Part shown: piece by piece, positions 53,965-64,000 of the stretch
Position numbering within the stretch: the stretch's first letter is position 1
Layout of the letters: the number at the start of each line of letters is the position of its first letter
From: Octopus sinensis
Taxonomy: Eukaryota
Reading direction: 5' to 3'
DNA length: 64,000 bases
Assembly (NCBI RefSeq): GCF_006345805.1
Contig: NC_043015.1
Coordinates: forward strand, 50,592,001 to 50,656,000
Made by a program: the position numbers and the translations under genes
The notes under the pieces: generated by a model
Told to the model about the DNA's origin: nothing
Seen by the model: the letters and a program-made list of their open reading frames with translations, nothing else
Database searches by the model: none

Positions 53965-54956
53965 ATCATCATCATCATCATCATCATTTAGCGTCCGTTT
54001 TCCATGCTAGCATGGGTTGGACGGTTCTACTGGGGTCTGTGAAGCCAGAAGGCTTCATCAGGCCCAGTCAAATCTGGCAGTGTTTCTACGGCTGGATGCC
54101 CTTCCTAACGCCAACCACTCCGTGAGTGTAGTGGGTGCTTTTTACGTGCCACCCGCACCGGTGCCAGACAGAGCTGGCAAACGGCCACGAACGGATGGTG
54201 CTTTTTATGTGCCACCGGCACGAGGGCCAGGCGAGGCTGGCAACGGACACGAAACGGGGCGGTGCTGGCAACGGTCGCGAAACGGAAAGTTCTCTTACAT
54301 GCCACCGGCACTGGTAACACATCTGCAATTTCCATTGATCGATTTCCATTGATCGATTTCGATTCTGATCCTCACTTGCCTCAATGGGTCTTCACAAGCA
54401 GAGTTTCGACATGCCACCGGCACTGGTAGCACATCCGCAATTTCCATTGATCGATTTCGATTCTGATCCTCACTTGCCTCAACACGTCTTCACAAGTAGA
54501 GTTTTGTGTCCCAAGAAGGGAAGGTATGCATACGTAGGCTGGCTCCATCTCATGTAGAAGGCCACGGGTTGTGGACTCACTTGTCCTGCCGGGTCTTCTC
54601 GCGCACAGCACACTTCCAGAGGTCTCGGTCTCTAGTCATTTCCTCAGTGAGACCTAAAGTTCGAAGGTCGTGCTTCACCACCTCGTCCCAGGTTTTCCTG
54701 GGTCTGCCTCTTCCACAGGTTCCCTCAACCGCTAGGGTGTGGCACTTTTTCACACAACTATCTTCATCCATTCTCGCCACATGACCATACCAGCGCAAAC
54801 GTCTCTCTTGCACACCACAACTGATGCTTCTTAGGTCCAGCTTTTCTCTCAAGGTACTTACACTCTGCCGAGTGTGAGTACCGGCATTACACATCCATCG
54901 GAGCATACTGGCTTCATTTCTAGCGAGCTTACGCATATCCTCAGCAGTCACGGCCC

Positions 54957-54958
<2 letters not shown>
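53965..54958 (-). mobile_element. RTE-clade LINE, 5'-truncated: C-terminus of ORF2, 3' UTR and (GAT)n tail
   Basis: Translation WAVTAEDMRKLARNEASMLRWMC...RRLRWYGHVARMDEDSCVKKC...GRGRPRKTWDEVVKHDL...RDRDLW is a typical RTE C-terminus. The 3' UTR contains an approximately 110-bp tandem duplication (54298-54482). Confidence 0.92.
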
Positions 54959-55047
<89 letters not shown>

Positions 55048-55189
55048 CAGGCCGGCAGACAGACAGACAGAGGCAGGCAGACAGACAGACACAGGCAGGC
55101 AGATAGACAGACAGAGAATGATGTCTATTTATGTAGCCATGGAAACTTGTGTGTGTCTGTACTTAAGTGTGTCAATAGTGTTGTAGCCA

Positions 55190-55377
55190 CTGTCATTGTC
55201 ATCACCACCACCACCACCATCATCATCACCATCATCATCATCACCATCACCATCACCACCATCATCATCACCATCATCATCATCACCATCATAATTAACA
55301 CCACCACCACCACCACCACCACCACCAACATCATCACCATCATCATTAACACCACCATCATCATCATCATCATCATC

Positions 55378-55411
<34 letters not shown>

Positions 55412-55535
55412 TCATCACCATCACCACCATCATCATCACCATCATCATCATCACCATCATAATTAACACCACCACCACCACAACATCATCACCATCATCA
55501 TTAACACCACCATCATCATCATCATCATCATCACC

Positions 55536-55566
<31 letters not shown>

Positions 55567-55685
55567 CATCATCATCACCATCACCACCATCATCATCACC
55601 ATCATCATCATCACCATCATAATTAACACCACCACCACCACCACCAACATCATCACCATCATCATTAACACCACCATCATCATCA
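55190..55685. repeat. (CAT/CAC)n compound microsatellite with recurring ataattaacacc blocks
   Basis: Directly visible. Confidence 0.95.
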
Positions 55686-56850
55686 CAATTATATCTCATA
55701 ATCTAGAGATAAACAAGTTCTTGCACACGACTGGAAACAGAACAAGAGTTTCTCCATGCAGTTCCTCAGTCAATACTTCATCCTACGCCTGATGCCCAAC
55801 CACAGGTAGGTGGTGTGGTGTGTGGTGTGGTGTGGTGCAATGTGGTGTCGATCATTCACTATCCAAGGGCAACGTGTGGGCTTGACAGATCCAGAAAGGC
55901 TGGAACCATTATCACAATAGTTCAAATCAAGATTCCACTAACTTTAGGCCCTAAAAATCCTGCCCATTAATCTGTCTCCAAGATACATCAGGGAATACCA
56001 ACACGAAGACTACCATTATTCTTGACACATGATCATCTGTCAGCTGCTGTGATTCTGCGACAATTATTTTCCAGTCGCAATCAATTGATGCTAACATGAA
56101 ATTCTACTTTAATTCCTGCTGGTAGACAACAGGAATATGTCAATACTTGCCAAAAGGAGCACGAAAACTAGTAAAAATTCTATAAACTTTTCCATTCCAA
56201 CTTGTATTTTTATCTCTTTTATTACCATAATTCTACTGAAATTCTACTGCCTTTGTTTCACTTAATTTCAATAATAATATAGAATTCAGTAAAATGTCTA
56301 TCATTATTAAGCTGCAATTTGGAATATAAATTAATACAGAATTTTAATGGAAGGTTTTAATTTTGATTATTATAATTTTCAAACAGGAAATTTGTATCTT
56401 AGAACCAGAGGTGGTCTCATGCGGGTTGGCATCAAATGGGTTAATATTTGCAAATGCTTTGTTGATTTGTAAACTCCATACAAATTCATGCATGCATGCA
56501 TACATCAACACACAGGCACACGCATACACACACATACGTGCATTCATACAAAATGGTGAATGCTTTGGTGATGAATAAATAGATAAATATGTGACCTATT
56601 TTCCAAAATTATATGGCAACCGATCATATTGTGATGTAATTTCAAATATATTTTTGCTTATACACCATCACATTTTTTATCATTCATTGACAGTTCGAAC
56701 CTTCAGTTTTGTGCATTTGAACAGGTGGAAGAGAGTAAAACGAAAAGAGTATATAATTGAACGTGGAGTACCATACTAATTTTCATGAAGCACTCACCAT
56801 ATTGTATAGTCATCATTAATGATTTAATATTTATCATTACTATTATTATT

Positions 56851-57243
56851 ACTAGCAGTATCGCCCGGCATTGCTCGGGTTTGTTTCGACCCTTTAGAAT
56901 TGGAAATTTTGAAAAGTAAAAATTTTGCATTGTGTAGCTTGTTATTCTCTTTAAGTGAACATTTTTTCTGGTTGAAATACACCGAAAGATGGCGACACAG
57001 CAGTAAAAAAATCGTAAAAGATAGGGATTTTCATAGAAAAAAAGCACCTTTTTGATGTAAATAATTTTTGGTGTTAACATGGTCCGATCTGAATATTTTC
57101 TTCTACGGAAGGAAGAGCAATCCTTCTATCATACTTTCAATTTTGGTCAACTTGCACCGCAGTCTCTCGGAGGAGATAGTGTTAGTTGAAGGCTACCAAA
57201 CCTACCATACAAAGATAACTTCAGCTTTGTATATATAGAGATT
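56851..57243 (+). mobile_element. Helitron/Helentron-like non-autonomous element, second family
   Basis: Starts tt|ACTAGCAGTATCGCCCGGCATTGCTCGGG (hairpin) and ends gctttgtatatatagagat|t. The architecture resembles HINE/DINE-type elements. Confidence 0.55.
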
Positions 57244-57319
57244 AGGATGGTGAGCAGGTACACTTATTAGCATAGCTTGCCACCCTAACAATGAGACGGT
57301 TGGATAATATCCACAGATG

Positions 57320-57899
57320 CAGCATAGCTGTGTGGTAAGAAGCTTGCTTCCCAACCACATGGCTCCAGGTTCAATACCTCTGCATGGCACTTTCAGCAAG
57401 TGACTTCTACCATAACCTCAGGCTGATCAAAGCCTTGTGAGCGGATTTTTTAGGCGGAAACTAAAAGAAGCCTGTTGTATGTGTATATACTCTTTTACTC
57501 TTTTATATGTTTCAGTCATTTGACATTGGCCATGCTGGAGCACCGACTTTAGTCGAGCAAATCAACCCCAGGACTTATTCTTTGTAAGCCTAGTACTTAT
57601 TCTATTGGTCTCTTTTGCCGAACCGCTGAGTTACGGGGACGTAAACACACCAGCATCGATTGTCAAGCGATGTTGGGGAAACAAACACAGACACACAAAT
57701 ATATACACACAAACACACACACACACACACACACACCACATATATACAACAGGCTTCTTTCAGTTTCCATCCACCAAATCCACTTACAAGGCTTTGGTCA
57801 GCCCAAGGCTATAGTAGAAGACACTTACCCAAGGTGCCTTGCAGTGGGACTGAACCCGGAACCATGTGGTTCGTAAGCAAGCTACTTACCACACAGCCA

Positions 57900-57949
<50 letters not shown>

Positions 57950-58170
57950 TGTGTGTATGTTTGTGTGTGTTTGTCTTCCACCACTGTTTGACAACAAGTG
58001 TTGGTGTGTTTATGTCCCCACAGCTTAGCAGTTCAGTAAAAGAGACTGATAGAATAAGTACCAGGCATTAAAGGGGTAAAAAGCACTGGGGTTGATTCAT
58101 TCAACTAAACAAAAAAATTCTTCAAGGTGTTGCCCCAGCATGGCCACAGTCTAATGGCTGAAACAAGATA
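57320..58170. mobile_element. Nested SINEs: plus family A host (57320-57480 and 57900-58170) interrupted by a minus family A copy (57488-57900)
   Basis: The host halves are colinear on either side of the inverted copy. Confidence 0.8.
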
Positions 58171-58761
58171 AAAGATGAAAAAAAATAAATAAACATACAT
58201 GCGCACAAACAACATATATGAATATATATAAGCAACAGGCTTCCTCACAGTTTCCATCTCCGAAATTTCAGTGTTTAGCAAATGAGAAGCCACAACATGC
58301 CAGACCGGCTGGTCGGTAGGTTTGCACCCAAAAACACACGGTTGCAAAGCTAACTTTGTAACCATACAACCATTCAACCCATCAACTCGTACACAAGCCC
58401 ACACACTTGTACTTGAATACATATATCCGTTTTATCTAGGTGAGTTTCCGACTTCAAAGCGAATTTTATGGAGAACGCAAACATGCTGTATTCTTTTTTC
58501 TTTTTTTTCTCCTATTAGTTTCCTATTCTGCTTCTTGAATTCAAAAATTCTTTTCTATCTCACTTTGCTGATGATATCTCGGTAATTTTGTGTTATTTCG
58601 GTATTTTCAATATGTTTTATCAAAGGTTTATTACAGAGCTTTTTTTTTTAAGTATTTATTTGTGAATGCATAGATCTCTGTGGGGAGGAGAGAGGCATTT
58701 AATCTGATGTGAGGATGGTGTTCTCCATTTTGAGCAGCTGGAGGTGTAATACCTAGCACTA

Positions 58762-58764
<3 letters not shown>

Positions 58765-58820
<56 letters not shown>

Positions 58821-58900
58821 TAATAATAATAATAATAACAATAATAACAATAATAATAATAATAATAATAATAAATAATAATAATAACAATAATAATAAC

Positions 58901-58933
<33 letters not shown>

Positions 58934-58976
58934 TAATAATAATAATAATAATAATGATAATAATAATAATAATAAC

Positions 58977-59014
<38 letters not shown>

Positions 59015-59070
59015 TAATAATAACAATAATAATAACAATAATAATAATAATAATATAATAATAATAATAT
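58765..59070. repeat. (AAT/AAC)n microsatellite
   Basis: Directly visible. Confidence 0.95.
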
Positions 59071-59359
59071 ACGACCTACACAAAACAACCCACAAACACA
59101 AGACATTCTATATAGCACTTACCCAGTGAAATAAAATTCCACCAGCAAGCTAGATAACCAATGCATTGCACACTTGACACACAATACAAGCAGTAAAACA
59201 ACAATGACTGAATCACACCTCAAGAGGATAAAAAAAATCTTAATACAATAGAGTACCTGGAAAAGTTTCACAATGCTGTACACACCCTAGCAACATGGAG
59301 ATGTAAGCAGGTGATGCAGTAGAAATTTGCCCCAATCTACCAAATGTTGAACATTTATG

Positions 59360-59405
<46 letters not shown>

Positions 59406-59528
59406 AATTTCTATTTGCGTTGTTATTTTCAAGAACACTATAGTATACGTGAACCAACAATGGAACCTCTACATGGTTGCAAAAACATGCTAAAAACAGC
59501 AGCCAAATATTTCAAACTAGCTTCTTAA

Positions 59529-59735
59529 TCCTTTTGATACCAACCGTTCTTTGTTCTATGGTGCTAGTTTCCTGTCTCAAAGAGATATGAATTTAGACCT
59601 TCCCAAAAATAAGGTTTTATGCTCTAAACACAAGCTTAATAATGCAATGTTATTTCGATAACATGTTTTGTTATTTACAACATTAATTGAATGCAAAAGG
59701 AATGTTTTGCAACAGAAATGTTGTTGACAAAAGGG
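59529..59735. mobile_element. piggyBac-type MITE, diverged
   Basis: TTAA|TCCTTTTGATACC ... GTTGACAAAAGGG|TTAA. Confidence 0.7.
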
Positions 59736-59984
59736 TTAAACAAGGAAAGAATGCATTAAATAATGCAGGCTTTACTGCACACCAATACAAAGATGGGATG
59801 GTCATGGTTGACTTGGTTGACTTGGAACTTGTCATGGTTGACTTGGAATTTGTCATGGTTGACTTGGAACTTGGAGCTAAAGAATGAGAACAATTGCTAT
59901 ATATGCTTTAGATTTTCTTAATACACAATGAGTGATTAACTAATTAGTTATCAGTGAGTAACTGGGTAACTCTGTGAAAGTGAG

Positions 59985-60290
59985 TCGCAAGCCAGGTTGA
60001 GAAAGGAGGAGGGCAGAAGGCAAAAGGTTAGCAACCCTGTACTATCAATTTACTACATTTCTATGGAAACACCAATGGCTGGGAACATGGAATGCCAGGG
60101 CCATGTTGGAAACTGGACCCCTAGAGACACAAAAGTACAATAGACCAAAAACAGGGAAAAGATCCGCAGAAACTGAAGTACTGGCAGGTGGTTACACCCA
60201 GGAACAACTGTAATTTATTGCCAAAGATCAAGACAGATGGAGATCTTTTGTTGGGGCCCCATAATTGATATGGGGCCAAAGAAATTAAAA
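59985..60290 (+). mobile_element. Internally deleted (bipartite) RTE derivative: 5' UTR and first APE codons joined to the last ~55 codons
   Basis: gttagcaaccctgt (RTE 5' UTR-like) is followed by LGTWNARAMLETG (APE motif GTWNVRTM..TG), then directly by WTPRD...RPKT.KRSAETEV...IAKDQDRWRSFVGA. ACTGG microhomology lies at the join (about 60112-60116). Confidence 0.7.
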
Positions 60291-61261
60291 GAGACGTGTA
60301 ACTCAGGAATGTTTTCATTATGAATTACATTTCCATCATCATCATCATCGTTGTCATTATTCAACACGTTTTTTAATGCTGGCATGGGTTGGATGGTTTG
60401 ACAGGAACTGGCAAGTCAGGGAGCTGCACCGGACTCCAATCATCTGTTTTGTCATGGTTTTTACAGCTGGATGCCCTTCCTCATGCCAACCACTTTACAG
60501 TGTGTACTGGGTGCTTTTTACGTGGCCAAAGCATGGGTGCTTTAAGCCTGGATCCAGCAGGGGTGCTTTATGTATGGCACCAACATATGTACACTTTTAT
60601 GAGACACCAGCACAGGTGCTTTTTATGTGACATCAACAAACAGTAATAATATATATATATATATATATAAGAAAAGAAGACGAATAATTGTTGAACTGAC
60701 AAACTTTTGAAAACACTTTAAAATGTTGTTAATTAACTGTGTATTCCTTAACTCGTTAATAACTATTTCAAACAATTTCTTTCTCAGCATTATTGAAATA
60801 CAACAAAACTAATACTTTTCCATTCACAGTTGTACATTTACAGACTCATTTATCAAATTTGATAATGAATCTTGTCATACACACATTGTGAAAACTAAAC
60901 AAGATTTTTCCATTTAAACTAGTTTCACTCGGCTTTAATATTCAGAATAAAAAAAGTTTATCTGAAAAGCAACACAGACACCCAAAAGGAAGTCACATGA
61001 TGAGGCAAGTCTGTGAATCTAGACATAAATATTTGTGTTCTGTAATTATTGTTTACTGCTGCATGTTAATAGCAAAGCTGGATAAAGGAAAACCCATCAA
61101 TATTCTTTCAATGGTTTATTCAGAAAGAAACACATTGCCTTCTGACCTTCTTCAGTGCCAGAAGTTGAGTTCATGTAACTTTGGAGATGCTACAGTTCTT
61201 CATTGTATGAGTTCACAAGCGAGAACAATGATACAAGAAGAACCAGGGTTACTTAGAGTTA

Positions 61262-61642
61262 CATATATACATACTCTTTTTACTCTTTTACTCTTTTACT
61301 GGTTTCAGTCATATGACTGCAGCCATGCTGGAGCACCGCCTTTAATCGAGCAACTCAACCCCGGGACTTATTCTTTGTAAGCCCAGTACTTATTCTATCT
61401 GTCTCTTTTGCTGAACTGCTAAGTGACGGGGACATAAACACACAGGCATCGGTTGTCAAGCAATGCTAGGACAAACACAGACACACATATATACGACAGG
61501 CTTCTTTCAGTTTCCGTCTACCAAATCCACTCACAAGGCTTTGGTCGGCCTGAGGCTATAGTAGAAGACACTTCTCCAAGGTGCCACACAGTAGGACTGA
61601 ACCCAGAACCATGTGGTTGGTAAACAAGCTACTTACCACACA
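61262..61642 (-). mobile_element. SINE family A, full length
   Basis: Near-consensus. Confidence 0.88.
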
Positions 61643-61655
61643 TATATTTATATAT

Positions 61656-61926
61656 ATTATAATTGAGGGTATCTAAAAGATACCACCATGCTAGAGATAG
61701 CAGTCAAAACTTGACTCTAAAACCACATCATGTATTCATACAGCACCAGGAGAAAAGACATATAGACAAATAGATAAATAAACTAGCAAAACATTATTTT
61801 TGCTAGTTTATTTGTCTATATGTATTTTCCCCTGGTGCTGTATGAATACATGATGTGGTTTTAGAGTCAAGTTTTGACTGCTATCTCTAGCATGGTGGTA
61901 TCTTTTAGATACCCTTAAATTATAAT
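61656..61926. repeat. Near-perfect 270-bp palindrome (foldback/MITE-like)
   Basis: Arms attataattgagggtatctaaaagataccaccatgctagag...aactagcaaaa and ttttgctagttt...ctctagcatggtggtatcttttagatacccttaaattataat; 6-nt loop. Confidence 0.92.
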
Positions 61927-62206
61927 TTTAATATTAATTATTACCTGTAAGGTTTTTATTCCCATGCTGGCCACTTGATATTACCAGTATTTTAAATAAT
62001 GATCTTATCCCTGTGCCTAGAGTAGAAAAGAATAATGATATACACACATTTCAATGTATGTGTAACTTAAAAGACAAGTTACAGATTTGCATGTAGTTGT
62101 CTATAAAATAATCATTCTCACCGATTTCAAATGAAATGTTCACATCTGGTGATCAGCTAACCTCAACAAGTACAGACATATAAATATGAGTATGTGTGTG
62201 TATAGA

Positions 62207-62269
<63 letters not shown>

Positions 62270-62625
62270 TGTGTTTATGCATCTGTTTAAGTATGTGTTT
62301 CTGTATTCTCGTGTGTGCAAACATATGTGTGAAAGTATGTAGATGCTAAAGTTTTCTTATATTTATCTTGAGAATATTAATTTAAAATTTAATGTGTCTA
62401 AGAACTATCATAAATATGCTTGTCCTGTTATTTAGATATTAATAACGTGGAATAATGCACTGTTTTTCTAGAGCCATTTCCCACGAGACCTCAAACACCG
62501 AGTGATTTATAGTTTTATTACATATTTGTAAACCAAGATCAAACCACCCCACCACTCTCTACATATTATTATGCATATATTATATGTATAATTATATTTA
62601 CTCACACACAAAATATGCATACATA

Positions 62626-62678
<53 letters not shown>

Positions 62679-62699
62679 ACAAATAATTTGGACAAACAA

Positions 62700-62900
62700 G
62701 TATAATTCAATTAGTGTGTTTAAATGTTGAGTATAGTACTAGCACAGTTTAGGCTATCTGTTGTCATCTGCATTTGTGGTACACTTCCGTTGATCTACAT
62801 CAGGAACTTCTTTATCAATGTACCTGAAGAGAACCAACTGATGCATTGAAACGTATGTTGTACCTAATAAAAGTCTAATACGAAATCCATGTCCTACTAT
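62700..62900 (+). mobile_element. Probable second Penelope-like terminus with a degenerate hammerhead-like motif at 62820-62863
   Basis: GTAC-CTGAAGA-(17 nt, weak stem)-GAAAC-GTAT-GTT-GTAC followed by AATAAA; flanked by (TA)n. Confidence 0.4.
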
Positions 62901-62914
62901 TAATTAATACTATC

Positions 62915-62972
<58 letters not shown>

Positions 62973-62996
62973 AATATAGATATATATATATATATA

Positions 62997-63153
62997 CTTT
63001 ATTTAAAAGCAGCAGAAATTCAACAAAACCTGTTACTCGAAGTTTCACGTTTCCGTTCGTCGGACAGTTTTTATTAAATAAAGCATATTACTCTACCCCT
63101 GGCATTTGAGTACTCTTTTTTCCACCTTGTTTCACATTTATGTGTTTACTCCA

Positions 63154-63156
<3 letters not shown>
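62997..63156 (-). mobile_element. Short Penelope-like terminal-repeat (pLTR) remnant carrying the hammerhead, embedded in (TA)n/(TG)n
   Basis: About 160 bp between microsatellites. 63080-63142 matches 36989-37052 (roughly 85% by eye), which is fused to a Penelope-like RT fragment. Confidence 0.65.
63024..63071 (-). ncRNA. Type I hammerhead ribozyme, minimal form, with a U4-to-C core substitution
   Basis: Minus strand reads AAAAACUGU-CCGACGA-ACG GAAA CGU-GAAA-CUUCGAG-UA-ACAG G UUUU. Helix I is CUGU/ACAG, extended by AAAA/UUUU past a bulged G. Core is CCGACGA (consensus CUGANGA). Helix II is ACG/CGU with a GAAA loop, followed by GAAA, a 3-bp helix III and a GUA cleavage triplet. Confidence 0.8.
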
Positions 63157-63236
<80 letters not shown>

Positions 63237-63304
63237 ATATATATAGATATATACGTGTGTGTGTGTATATATATACACACACACACACGGACATATATAC
63301 ATAT

Positions 63305-63608
63305 GGAGGCACATGGCCAAGTGGTTAGAGTAGTGGACTTGCAGTTGAGGGATTGCATGTTCGAATCTCAGACCAGGCGATGTGTGTGTTTATGAGCGAA
63401 ACACCTAAGCTCCACGCAGCTCCGGCAGAAGGTAATGGCAAACTTCTGCTGACTATTTCGCCACAACTTTCTCTCACTCTTTCCTTCTGCATCTCACTTA
63501 CGACGGACCGGCATTCCGTCCAGATGGGGAACCTATATGCCAAAGAAACCAGGAAACCGGCTCTATGACCCAGGCGTGGCTCAAGAAGGAACAGACAACA
63601 ACAACAAT
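63305..63608 (+). mobile_element. SINE family D (tRNA-derived); other copies 7404-7620 and 28341-28641
   Basis: ggaggcacatggc..agtggttagag..gttcgaatctc head and shared body acacctaagctccacg. Confidence 0.8.
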
Positions 63609-64000
63609 ACATATGTATGCACATATATATGTATATATATATATATATGTCTCAGGCATCAGTGACGTTATAACTCATTTCTACATTTCTACAACTGAGT
63701 GAATTGAAGCAATGTGAAATAAAGTGTCTTGCTCAAGAACACAACACGCAGCCCAGTCCAGGATTCAAACTCACAACCTCACGATCATAAGCTCGACGCT
63801 CTAACCACTGAGCCATGCGCCTTCACAGATACACACATATTCACACATATACACACATATACATACATGCATACATACATATATGCTCATATAATATAAA
63901 ACTGACAAAAAATTACTATTTCCCCCAAAACATTTTTATACATTCTGAAAATGAAAATAAAAAAAAAATAATATAAATAAATGAATAAAAAGTAAAAAAA

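Noticed and set aside
59801-59872. 21-bp tandem repeat (gtcatggttgacttggaactt x3)
   Set aside because: Real, but a trivial slippage inside a dispersed repeat remnant.
63305-63385. tRNA-like sequences at SINE heads (also 4380, 7404, 28341, 63760-63825)
   Set aside because: They continue directly into SINE bodies and lack a complete acceptor stem; not tRNA genes.

Overview
AT-rich, extremely repeat-dense animal genomic DNA, intergenic or deep-intronic. The SINE families and microsatellite load point to an octopus (coleoid cephalopod); this is an inference from remembered repeat consensus sequences, not a database match. I found no host protein-coding exon I can support, and nearly all ORFs in the supplied track are microsatellite or SINE artefacts. 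Content: about 25 copies of a tRNA-derived SINE with an internal (TA)/(TG) tract, about 14 copies of a second tRNA-derived SINE, and about 14 RTE-LINE 3' ends. Recognisable protein relics come from RTE, R4/Dong, HERO/NeSL-like, Naiad/Chlamys-type Penelope-like and hAT/Buster elements. There are also piggyBac, mariner, pogo, hAT and Helentron-type non-autonomous elements, a 6 x 222-bp tandem array and several large hairpins. Most notable: (1) a nearly canonical type I hammerhead ribozyme (63024-63071, minus) in a 160-bp microsatellite-embedded element that shares sequence with a Naiad-type RT fragment at 37 kb; (2) an internally deleted bipartite RTE; (3) two diverged copies of an unidentified coding relic with synonymous-biased divergence; (4) (TAA)n arrays acting as repeated insertion targets. 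Coordinates were read by eye and element edges may be off by about 10-20 bp.
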